From Nemertoderma westbladi (taxonomy: Eukaryota; Animalia; Xenacoelomorpha): 64,000 bases of DNA. The notes under the pieces were generated by a model that worked only from the letters and a program-made list of their open reading frames with translations, searched no databases and had not been told where the DNA came from. How positions within the stretch are numbered: position 1 is the first letter of the stretch; the number at the start of each line of letters is the position of its first letter. The stretch is from contig JAUCBJ010001656.1 of the NCBI GenBank assembly GCA_032718475.1, positions 1 through 64,000 on the forward strand. The letters run 5' to 3'. The translations under genes and the position numbers were made by a program. Shown here in pieces: positions 49,453 to 60,868 of the stretch.

Positions 49453-49905
49453 GTGAGTAGGGGACGCCACCATAGTGTAGAAGACGCCCCCATAGTGTAG
49501 GGGACGCCCCCATAGTGTAGGGGACGCCGCCATAGTGTAGGGGACGCCGGCATAGTGTAGGGGACGCCCCCATAGTGTAGGGGACGCCGCCATAGTGTAG
49601 GGGACGCCGACATAGTGCAGGGGACGCCCCCATAGTGTAGGGGACGCCGGCATAGTGTAGGGGACGCCGGCATAGTGTAGGGGACGCCCCTATAGTGTAG
49701 GGGACGCCCCCATAGTGTAGGAGACGCCCCCATTGTGTAGGGAACGCCCCCATAGTGTAGGGGACGCCGGCATAGTGTAGGGGACGCCCCTATAGTGTAG
49801 GGGACGCCGGCATAGTGTATGGGACGCCCCTATAGTGTAGGGGACGCCCCCATAGTGTAGGGGATGCCCCCATAGTGTAGGGCACGCCACCATAGTGTAG
49901 GGAAT
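49449..49905 (+). repeat. 20-bp array (~22 copies) beginning at the exon D donor
   Basis: Unit catagtgtaggggacgcc(c/g/a)(c/g) resembles cacagtgagtaggggacgccac at the junction. Confidence 0.9.
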
Positions 49906-49911
49906 GCCTTT

Positions 49912-52900
49912 ATTACTTAGACACAATGATTTATTAGTTTCTCATTGCTTAGACACAATGATTTATTAGTTTCTCATTACTTAGACACAATGGTTTATTA
50001 GTTTCTCATTACTTAGACATAATGATTTATTAGTTTCTCACTACTTAGACACAATGATTTATTAGTTTCTCATTACTTAGACAGAATAATTTATTAGTTT
50101 CTCATTATTTAAACACAATGATTTATTCGTTTCTCATTATTTAGACACAATGATTAATTAGTTTCTCATTACTTAGACACAATGATTTATTAGTTTCTCA
50201 TTACTTAGACACAATGATTTATTAGTTTCTCATTACTTAGACACAATGATTTATTAGTTTCTCATTACTTAGACACAATGATTTATTAGTTTCTCATTAC
50301 TTAGACACAATGATTTATTAGTTTCTCATTACTTAGACACAATGATTTATTAGTTTCTCATTACTTAGACACAATGATTTATTAGTTTCTCATTACTTAG
50401 ACACAATGATTTATTAGTTTCTCATTACTTAGACACAATGATTTATTAGTTTCTCATTACTTAGACACAATGATTTATTAGTTTCTCATTACTTAGACAC
50501 CATGATTTATTAGTTTCTCATTACTTAGACACAATGATTTATTAGTTTCTCATTACTTAGACACAATGATTTATTAGTTTCTCATTACTTAGACACAATG
50601 ATTTATTAGTTTCTCATTACTTAGACACAATGATTTATTAGTTTCTCATTACTTAGACACAATGATTTATTAGTTTCTCATTACTTAGACACAATGATTT
50701 ATTAGTTTCTCATTACTTAGACACAATGATTTATTAGTTTCTCATTACTTAGACACAATGATTTATTAGTTTCTCATTACTTAGACACAATGATTTATTA
50801 GTTTCTCATTACTTAGACACAATAATTTATTAGTTTCTCATTACTTAGACACAATGATTTATTAGTTTCTCATTACTTAGACACCATGATTTATTAGTTT
50901 CTCATTACTTAGACACAACGATTTATTAGTTTCTCATTACTTAGACACAATAATTTATTCGTTTATCATTCGTTAGACACAATGATTAATTAGTTTCTCA
51001 TTACTTAGACACAACGATTTATTAGTTTCTCATTACTTAGACACAATGAATTATTAGTTTCCCATTACTTAGACACAATGATTTATTAGTTTCTCATTAC
51101 TTAGACACAATGATTTATTAGTTTCTCATTACTTAGACACAATGATTTATTAGTTTCTCATTACTTAGACACCATGATTTATTAGTTTATCATTACTTAG
51201 ACACAATGAATTATTAGTTTCCCATTACTTAGACACAATGATTTATTAGTTTCTCATTACTTAGACACAATGATTTATTAGTTTCTCATTACTTAGACAC
51301 CATGATTTATTAGTTTCTCATTACTCATACACAATAATTTATTAGTTTATCACTACTTAGACACAATGATTTATTAGTTTCTCATTACTTAGACACCATG
51401 ATTTATTAGTTTCTCATTACTCATACACAATAATTTATTAGTTTATCACTACTTAGACACAATGATTTATTAGTTTCTCATTACTTAGACACAATGAATT
51501 ATTAGTTTCCCATTACTTAGACACAATGATTTATTAGTTTCTCATTACTTAGACACAATGATTTATTAGTTTCTCATTACTTAGACACAATGATTTATTA
51601 GTTTCTCATTACTTAGACACAATAATTTATTAGTTTCTCATTACTTAGACACAATGATTTATTAGTTTCTCATTACTTAGACACCATGATTTATTAGTTT
51701 CTCATTACTTAGACACAATGAATTATTAGTTTCCCATTACTTAGACACAATGATTTATTAGTTTCTCATTACTTAGACACAATGATTTATTAGTTTCTCA
51801 TTACTTAGACACAATGATTTATTAGTTTCTCATTACTTAGACACCATGATTTATTAGTTTCTCATTACTTAGACACAATGATTTATTAGTTTCTCATTAC
51901 TTAGACACAATGATTTATTAGTTTCTCATTACTTAGACACAATGATTTATTAGTTTCTCATTACTTAGACACAATGATTTATTAGTTTCTCATTACTTAG
52001 ACACAATGATTTATTAGTTTCTCATTACTTAGACACAATGATTTATTAGTTTCTCATTACTTAGACACAATGATTTATTAGTTTCTCATTACTTAGACAC
52101 CATGATTTATTAGTTTCTCATTACTTAGACACAACGATTTATTAGTTTCTCATTACTTAGACACAATAATTTATTCGTTTATCATTCGTTAGACACAATG
52201 ATTAATTAGTTTCTCATTACTTAGACACAACGATTTATTAGTTTCTCATTACTTAGACACAATGAATTATTAGTTTCCCATTACTTAGACACAATGATTT
52301 ATTAGTTTCTCATTACTTAGACACAATGATTTATTAGTTTCTCATTACTTAGACACAATGATTTATTAGTTTCTCATTACTTAGACACCATGATTTATTA
52401 GTTTATCATTACTTAGACACAATGAATTATTAGTTTCCCATTACTTAGACACAATGATTTATTAGTTTCTCATTACTTAGACACAATGATTTATTAGTTT
52501 CTCATTACTTAGACACCATGATTTATTAGTTTCTCATTACTCATACACAATAATTTATTAGTTTATCACTACTTAGACACAATGATTTATTAGTTTCTCA
52601 TTACTTAGACACCATGATTTATTAGTTTCTCATTACTCATACACAATAATTTATTAGTTTATCACTACTTAGACACAATGATTTATTAGTTTCTCATTAC
52701 TTAGACACAATGAATTATTAGTTTCCCATTACTTAGACACAATGATTTATTAGTTTCTCATTACTTAGACACAATGATTTATTAGTTTCTCATTACTTAG
52801 ACACCATGATTTATTAGTTTCTCATTACTTAGACACAACGATTTATTAGTTTCTCATTACTTAGACACAATAATTTATTCGTTTATCATTCGTTAGACAC

Positions 52901-54195
52901 AATGATTAATTAGTTTCTCATTACTTAGACACAACGATTTATTAGTTTCTCATTACTTAGACACAATGAATTATTAGTTTCCCATTACTTAGACACAATG
53001 ATTTATTAGTTTCTCATTACTTAGACACAATGATTTATTAGTTTCTCATTACTTAGACACAATGATTTATTAGTTTCTCATTACTTAGACACCATGATTT
53101 ATTAGTTTCTCATTACTTAGACACAATGAATTATTAGTTTCCCATTACTTAGACACAATGATTTATTAGTTTCTCATTACTTAGACACAATGATTTATTA
53201 GTTTCTCATTACTTAGACACCATGATTTATTAGTTTCTCATTACTCATACACAATAATTTATTAGTTTATCACTACTTAGACACAATGATTTATTAGTTT
53301 CTCATTACTTAGACACCATGATTTATTAGTTTCTCATTACTCATACACAATAATTTATTAGTTTATCACTACTTAGACACAATGATTTATTAGTTTCTCA
53401 TTACTTAGACACAATGAATTATTAGTTTCCCATTACTTAGACACAATGATTTATTAGTTTCTCATTACTTAGACACAATGATTTATTAGTTTCTCATTAC
53501 TTAGACACAATGATTTATTAGTTTCTCATTACTTAGACACAATAATTTATTAGTTTCTCATTACTTAGACACAATGATTTATTAGTTTCTCATTACTTAG
53601 ACACCATGATTTATTAGTTTCTCATTACTTAGACACAATGAATTATTAGTTTCCCATTACTTAGACACAATGATTTATTAGTTTCTCATTACTTAGACAC
53701 AATGATTTATTAGTTTCTCATTACTTAGACACAATGATTTATTAGTTTCTCATTACTTAGACACAATGATTTATTAGTTTCTCATTACTTAGACACAATG
53801 ATTTATTAGTTTCTCATTACTTAGACACCATGATTTATTAGTTTCTCATTACTTAGACACAATGAATTATTAGTTTCCCATTACTTAGACACAATGATTT
53901 ATTAGTATCTCATTACTTAGACACAATAATTTATTAGTTTCTCATTACTTAGACACAATGATTTATTAGTTTCTCATTACTTAGACACCATGATTTATTA
54001 GTTTCTCATTACTTAGACACAATGAATTATTAGTTTCCCATTACTTAGACACAATGATTTATTAGTTTCTCATTACTTAGACACAATGATTTATTCGTTT
54101 CTCATTACTTAGACACAATGATTTATTCGTTTCTCATTACTTAGACACAATGATTTATTAGTTTCTCATTACTTAGACACAATGATTTATTAGTT
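49912..54195. repeat. 32-bp AT-rich minisatellite (~134 copies) with higher-order blocks
   Basis: Unit ttacttagacacaatgatttattagtttctca; a diagnostic variant run recurs at ~50947, 52163 and 52867. Confidence 0.97.
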
Positions 54196-54235
54196 AATAT
54201 AGTATATAATAATATAATAATAATAATATAATATT

Positions 54236-54336
54236 ATTAGTTAAATATATTAGTAAAACTATTAGTATAGTTAAATATATTAGTAAAACTATTAGTATAG
54301 TTAAATATATTAGTAAAACTATTAGTTTAGTTAAAT
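54236..54336. repeat. 30-bp repeat, ~3 copies, just upstream of the exon E acceptor
   Basis: ttaaatatattagtaaaactattagtatag x3. Confidence 0.85.
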
Positions 54337-54356
54337 TCAATAACTTTTTTATTCAG

Positions 54357-54530
54357 CCGGTTCTGTTGGTGTCAGATTCACTCCCCGAGAGAACGGAGAG
54401 CATCTTGTAAACGTGTTCCACCATGGTAGACCTGTTCCGGCCTCCCCATTCAGATTCATTGTACGCGATGTGACGTCACATGGTGATGACGTTTCGGCCT
54501 ACGGAGACGGTCTGATATCCGGTAACACAG
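54357..54530 (+). CDS. FLN: Filamin exon E (Ig22-Ig23 equivalent); missed by the ORF track
   Basis: tttattcag|CC GGT...ACA G|gtcagt; TGSVGVRFTPRENGEHLVNVFHHGRPVPASPFRFIV...VSAYGDGLISGNT; phase 1/1. Confidence 0.92.
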
Positions 54531-57500
54531 GTCAGTTGGGAGTATGACGTCACCTAGTTTGTAAGTCAACTCAGGTTAGTTGGGAGTGTGACGTCACTGA
54601 GTCTGTAAGTCAGCACAGGTCAGTTGTGAGTGTGACGTCACTGAAAACACAGGTCAGTTGTGAGTGTGACGTTGAGTGTGTCCGTGTATGTCAGCACAGG
54701 TCAGTTGTGAGTGTGACGTCACTGATTGTGTCCGTGTATGTCAGCACAGGTCTGTTGGGAGTGTGCGGTCACTGAGTAAGTCAGCACAGGTGAGTTGGGA
54801 GTGTGACGTCACTGAGTGTGTAAGTCAACACAGGTCAGTTGTGAGTGTGACGTCACTGAGTGTGGGAGTGTGACGTCATTGAGTGTGTAAGTCAACATAG
54901 GTCAGTTGTAAGTGTGACGTCACTGAATGTGTAAGTCAACACAGGTCAGTTGTGAGTGTGACGTCACTGAGTGTGTACAGCAACACAGGTCAGTTGGGAG
55001 TGTGACGTCACTGAGTGTGTACAGCAGCACAGGTCAGTTGGGAGTGTGACGTCACTGAGTGTGTAAGTCAACACAGGTCAGTTGTAAGTGTGACGTCACT
55101 GAATGTGTAAGTCAACACAGGTCAGTTGTAAATGTGACATCACTGAATGTGTAAGTCAACACAGGTCAGTTGTAAGTGTAACGTCACTGAATGTGTAAGT
55201 CAACACAGGTCAGTTGTGAGTGTGACGTCACTGAGTGTGTAAGTCAACACAGGTCAGTTGTAAGTGTGACGTCACTGAATGTGTAAGTCAACACAGGTCA
55301 GTTGTGAGTGTGACGTCACTGAGTGTGTAAGTCCTGGGAGACTTTAATGCAAGTCTGCATCAATCACCTACATCGCCCTGGGTCTATAGCAATAGTGTTA
55401 ACCGAAATTCCGTCCATCATCAGGATTTTCATGGAAACATCATCATCTTCAGGAAACGGGCTCCCTGGACTGACAACAAAATTCAGAAGTGCCGAAATGA
55501 CCTCTACAAGGCGCAGAAAGAGTCCCGACTCAAACAGACTACAGCGGCCAAGAATGCAGTTAAGGCTGCATTAGGTAACTGAACAGGCTGTACTCTGTTA
55601 ATCTACAGGAGCTAATAAACCAACAGGTTGATGCCATCAATGATGCTGACGACAGCAGGCAATCATCCCAGGCATGGAGATCGATCAATCTGCTTACAGG
55701 GCGGAAAAGCCAACCAACCACCAAGGTTAAGGCTGAATCACCAGCCGATCGCCTCAATGGTTGGAAGGCCCACTTTGAAAAGCTCCTCAATAATGACAGG
55801 GTATTGCCTGATAACTTTATAGAAGTAAAAGTGTCTGAGTCTGTACTCCCAGATATTCCCATTGGCGATATCTCCTTTGCAGAAGTGAAGGCTGCTGCAA
55901 AGAGCATTAAGACCAATCGTGCCAGTGGAGTAGATGGTGTTCCCCCTGAGGTCTTTTAAAATACCTGAGTGTTTAAAGCTCATATATCCCATCATAGTAG
56001 ACATGTACCGAACAACAAGAGTCCCACAAGAAATGAAAACAAATAAGCTGGTGCCAGTTCCCAAGAAGGGCAACCTAACACTCTATGGTTCTTTTCGGGG
56101 AATCTCATTGATCTCGATTGCTGCAAAGGTATACAATAGAATTCTATTAAATCGCATCAGGGATCCCATTGAGAGACTGCTCCGTGGAAATCAGAATGGG
56201 TTCCGTAAAGGTCGTGGGACCATGGAGCCCATTTTGGCACTTAGAAGGATAATTGAAGAATTATCAAAAAAGAAAGACAGGCATCTGGCTGTTATCTTTG
56301 TTGACTTCTTCAAGGCCTTTGATTCAGTCTCTCGCTCACGTATGTTCAGCATACTTTCATTATATGGGATTCCTGATGAAATTATTGCAGCAATCAGATC
56401 AGTATACGATGGTTCGACAACATTTGTGTCTACTGTTGACGGTGACACAGAACCATTTGAAGTGTTATGGGGTGTCTTCCAGGGAGACACACTTGCACCA
56501 TTCTTGTTCATAATTGTTGTTGACTATGTTCTACGCATGTCCTTAGATCATCATAATGATGATGGGGTGATGATAACTCCACCTACTGGCTCCAGAAGTC
56601 GAGGAAATCCTGCCAAGTACCTAACTGATCTAGACTTTGCTGATGACTTAGGAGTACTCTCAGAATCACTAGAGGGTGCCCAACGGCTCCTTAGCTCATT
56701 AGAACATGCTGCTTCTAGTGTTGGTCTTTTTATTAAATCCAGAAAGACCAAAATTTTGACAGTTAACTTTGAAAGTCCTCAGCAAGTCTCTGATCGGATG
56801 AGAATAAGCTTTCCAGGATTTGGAAGTCACCGAGAATTAATCGGAAACTTAAGGTCCGATTATTTGGAGAGCAGCAGTAGTTCCAGTACTCCTCTACGGG
56901 AGTCCATGCTGGGCTCTAACTGCTGAGGACACCAAATCTCTGGATGGCACATTCACAAGAATGCTACGCCGGGTTCATTGTGTAAAGTACAATGCACACA
57001 TCTCCAACCAGACACTATATAACATTGGTGTCTCATTGGTTCCCCCAAGCTTTACACTAGATCAAAATCGCCTCCGCTTTGCAAGACATTGCTTTCGCCG
57101 TGAGGACCAGCCAGTGCATAATCTTGTACTTTGGCAGCCTCATGGAGTGAATAAGCATGGTGGACAGCCCATGACTTTCTTGAGACGCATCTTAAAGGAC
57201 ACTGGCCTTGAAGATGCGGATGATCTAGCAAATGTCATGGGTGATAGGGAGTTGTGGCGGTGCAATGTTGTCGATAAGCCGGCACAGCATTCTTAAAAAT
57301 GCAGCTGCAATGCAGCATGCCGATCCTAGTAGTAGTAGTGGTTCTTTTAGCTGTTCAAGTATTTTAGTAGTAGTAGTAGTAGTAGAGTGTGTAAGTCAAC
57401 ACAGGTCAGTTGTAAGTGTGACGTCACTGAATGTGTAAGTCAACACAGGTCAGTTGTGAGTGTGACGTCACTGAGTGTGTACATCAGCACTGGTCAGTTG

Positions 57501-57622
57501 TGAGTGTGACGTCACTGAGTGGTGAGTATGTCTTTGTACAGCAGCACAGGTCAGTTGAGAGTGTGACGTCACTGAGTGTGTACAGCTGCACAGGTAAGTT
57601 GGGAGTGTGACGTCACTGAGTG
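54524..57622 (+). repeat. ~44-bp array spanning the exon E donor, split by a LINE insertion (repeat at 54524-55333 and 57385-57622)
   Basis: Unit aacacag|GTcagttgtgagtgtgacgtcactgagtgtgtaagtc. Confidence 0.9.
55334..57384 (+). mobile_element. 5'-truncated, frameshifted RTE-like LINE
   Basis: RT motifs FRGISL, NQNGFRKGR, FVDFFKAFDSV, GVFQGDTLAPFLF and LDFADD; (TAG)n tail; 13-bp TSD GAGTGTGTAAGTC (55321-55333 / 57385-57397). Confidence 0.85.
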
Positions 57623-57787
57623 TATCTACACTATTGTATGTAACCATAGTTGTAAATTTCCCTCTCATTGGCTTTTTGATTGGTTGTGCTGATGGAGAGT
57701 GTATTTATGTTTGCTTTAATTAAGTCAGTTCGAATTATATAAATTGTATCTAAAACTATAAAGGTTATGATGGTTAATTATTTGCAG

Positions 57788-58006
57788 GCGTTCCGAGTGA
57801 GTTTATAGTGAACACAATGAACGCGGATCCGGGAACCCTTGCGGTTACCATCGATGGACCTTCCAAGGTAACTCTGGACTGCGAGGAGATTGAGGAAGGT
57901 TACAAACTCATCTACACACCGATGGCTCCCGGGGAATACACCGTCAACGTTAAATACGCCGGACAGAATCACATTAATGGGAGTCCTTTCTTAGTTTACG
58001 TTACAG
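57788..58006 (+). CDS. FLN: Filamin exon F (Ig23 equivalent)
   Basis: tttgcag|GC GTT...ACA G|gttggt; [72 protein letters not shown]. Confidence 0.95.
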
Positions 58007-58093
58007 GTTGGTTACACTGCATGTTACAGACGGGTTACAGTATTTTACTGGGGGGTTACAGTGTTGCGTTTGTGGTTCGTCGTATTAACCTCT

Positions 58094-59311
58094 AGAATCC
58101 TGTAATGAGTGGTTGGTTGATAATAAGCTATCCATTCACTACGGTAAGACTGAAAGTATTTTGTTTGGTTCCAAAAGAAATTTAAAGAAGGTAACTAAGT
58201 TTGAAGTCACTAGTAATGGACATAAGATTGAAAATAAAAAGGAAGTTAAATATTTACGCGCCACATTGGATAACTGCTTATCAGGAGAAAGTACAGTGAA
58301 AAATATTTTCTCGAAAGTTAACAGTAGGCTTAGGTTTCTATACAGAAATCAAAATAGTTTGAACACCGACTCCCGCAAGTTACTTTGCTCTTCTTTAATA
58401 CAGTGTCACATGGACTATGCGTGCTCTTCTTGGTATGAAGGCTTAACCAAACAGCTTAAATGTAAATTACAAGTAGCTCAGAATAAAGTAGTACGATTTA
58501 TTAAAGACTACAAACCTAGGCACCACCTAACTCCAGATGACTTTTCTGAATCTGGACTACTTAACTTAGATAGTAGAGTTAAGCAGCTACGCCTTAACCA
58601 TGTGCATAAAGTGTATAATGGTAAATGTCCCAATTACCTAAAACAAAAATTCAACAGAGTATCAGAATCAGAAAAGAAAGTATCAGATTCGAAGGATTTA
58701 CAATTCGGGAGGTAGAAGTTTGAAGCACTAGCTCTGGTACTGTAAGAGTGTGTATCGCGATACACACTCTTACAGTACCAGAGCTAGTGCTTCAAACTTC
58801 TACCTCCCGAATTGTAAATCCTTCGAATCTGATACTTTCTTTTTTAACGGCATTAAAAATTGGAACGCTCTGCCTAATGAAATTAAAAACCTAGATAATC
58901 AACATTCTTTTAAATCTGCAGTTAAATCTCACCTCCGTGTGCAATGTAAAAATAGGTACAATAGTCCTACAGTAAGTTATTAGTTTATTAATTATTTACT
59001 ATTTATACTGTAATTACGTTTTATAATAAATTGTTCTGTACATTACATCTTTATCGTTGAGTCGGGTATTGTCACGCTCTCGGTAAAGTTGTACATGTAC
59101 ATAGTGTAATTACGTTTTATATTGGTTCTAGGTTAGCGTAGTGTAATATTGTATTTGTATCCAAGTAACATAAAGGACCCCCTTGGAAATAAACTGCAAA
59201 GCTTTAGGGGTAATCCTTCTATATGTTATGTTGGACAATACCTTTATACCGGTACATTGTTTGGTGTAGTTGTTATTGTTTTTACATAATGTATAAATCT
59301 ATCTATCTATC
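58094..59311 (+). mobile_element. 5'-truncated CR1-group (Crack/L2-like) LINE
   Basis: Post-RT C-terminal protein NKLSIHYGKTESILFG...KYL...MDYACSSWY...LQVAQNKVVRFI...WNALP...FKSAVKSHL; (ATCT)n tail; 8-bp TSD TAACCTCT (58086-58093 / 59312-59319). Confidence 0.85.
58672..58843. repeat. Perfect spacerless 172-bp palindrome inside the LINE
   Basis: 86-bp arms centred on TCG|CGA at 58757/58758. Confidence 0.93.
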
Positions 59312-59345
59312 TAACCTCTGTAACCATGGTTACTAAACGTTTCAG

Positions 59346-59555
59346 GTCAGAATTTGTCGACTCGGCCCGGCGTAAAGGAGCGGGGTTCAGCGTCGGTGGT
59401 TGTGGAAACCGTTGTCAAGACAACAACATCTACGAATTATGTATCGCATTCGGCGGTGTCTCGAACTGACGCGTCCAAGGTTGTCTGCAGAGGCGCCGCC
59501 TTGCGGCGAGGAATTGTAGGAAAGAATAGCTTCACTGTAAATGCCACAGATGCAG
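59346..59555 (+). CDS. FLN: Filamin exon G (hinge 2 and start of Ig24-equivalent)
   Basis: tttcag|GT CAG...GCA G|gtaaag; ...SASVVVETVVK...TDASKVVCRGAALRRGIVGKNSFTVNATDA. Confidence 0.92.
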
Positions 59556-59617
59556 GTAAAGGAATCCTATTGGTTGTCGCTAGGTAACTATACGTGACGC
59601 CCTTGACAGTTCATACT

Positions 59618-59763
59618 CCTCGGTTATATATATCGACCTAAAAAAGGCATTTGACACCCTCGACCACTCTATTCTATTACATAATCTCTCGTGCTACGGG
59701 ATTCGGGGTTCTCCCCATTCACTTTCTGCGGACTACCTTTCTGACCGGACCCAGTTTGTTTCA
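59618..59763 (+). pseudogene. Short CR1-type reverse transcriptase fragment in the last intron
   Basis: Reads YIDLKKAFDTLDHSILLHNLSCYGIRG...DYLSDRTQFVS. Confidence 0.8.
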
Positions 59764-59768
59764 GATGC

Positions 59769-59861
59769 ATGTTTGTAAGTAACGCTCTCTATTGGTTGTA
59801 TGTTTGTAAGTAACGCTCTCTATTGGTTGTTTGTTTGTAGGCAACGCAATGCTATTGGTTG
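59769..59861 (+). repeat. 31-bp repeat (3 copies) spanning the acceptor site of exon H
   Basis: atgtttgtaagtaacgctctctattggttgt x2, then ttgtttgtag|gcaacgcaatgctattggttgg. Confidence 0.8.
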
Positions 59862-60028
59862 GCGTCCACGGACCTACACGCCCCTGTGAGGAAGTGTATT
59901 GGAAACACACAGGCCGGAACACTTACTCGGTCGTCTATGTGGTCCACGAGCGAGGCGAATACTCGATGGTAGTGAAGTGGGGAGACCAACACGTTCCCGG
60001 TAGTCCCTTCCACATAGAAGTACCATAG
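59841..60028 (+). CDS. FLN: Filamin terminal exon H (Ig24 dimerisation repeat, stop codon)
   Basis: tttgtag|GC AAC; [62 protein letters not shown], the canonical filamin C-terminus. Confidence 0.96.
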
Positions 60029-60244
60029 AGTTGAGGTCAGTGACCTAGTCTACCAGTCGCTATGGATACGGAAAATGCTAATGAAACTATCGAATGGTTA
60101 CTGAGTGGTTGCAGTTAATTAGTTTCACAATTATTATTATTATATTGTTATATTTGTATTTTATAGAAATTTTGCTTTGCAATTCATTTTATTTTGGTCG
60201 TGTAATGGTTTGTACTCTGTTATATAAATGAATGTTGAATAGTA

Positions 60245-60250
60245 ATTAAA
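60245..60250 (+). terminator. Candidate polyadenylation signal ATTAAA for filamin
   Basis: Variant hexamer ~220 nt after the stop, in an AT-rich UTR. Confidence 0.3.
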
Positions 60251-60258
60251 AGGATCTA

Positions 60259-60868
60259 GGACGTTTCATCCTGGATTTTTCATCCCGGACTTTTCGTCCC
60301 AGACTTTTCGTCCCGGATGTTTCATTGTGGGACGTTTTCGTCCTGTACTTTTGGTTCCGGACTTTTCGTCCTGTACTTTTTGTCCCGGACTTTTCATCCT
60401 GGACTTTTCGTCCCAGACTTTTCGTTCTGGACTTTTCATCCCAGACTTTTCGTCCTGGACTTTTCATCCTGGACTTTTTGTCCCAGACTTTTCATCCCGG
60501 ATGTTTCGTCTCAGACTTTTCGTTCTGGACTTTTTGTCCCGGACGTTTCATTGTGGGACGTTTCGTCGTGTACTTTTGGTTCCGGACTTTTCATCCTGTA
60601 CTTTTTGTCCCGGACTTTTCATCCTGGACTTTTCGTCCCGGAATTTTTGTCCTGGACTTTTCATCCTGGACTTTTCGTCCCAGACTTTTCATCCCGAACT
60701 TTTCTTTCCAGACTTTTCGTCCGACTTTTCATCTTGGACGTATTGTCCCAGACTTTTCGTCCTGGACTTTTCATCCCGGACTTTCCATCCCGGACGTTTC
60801 ATCCTGCGACTTTTCGTCCCGAACACTTCATCCTGGACTTTTCATACTGGACAGTTAGCCCCGGACCG
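60259..60868. repeat. 14-bp degenerate tandem array (~43 copies), possibly the interior of a non-autonomous DNA transposon
   Basis: Unit ggacttttcgtccc and variants. Confidence 0.85.

Noticed and set aside
58000-58070. GTTACA repeats after the exon F donor as another junction array
   Set aside because: Too short and irregular to define a unit; not counted.
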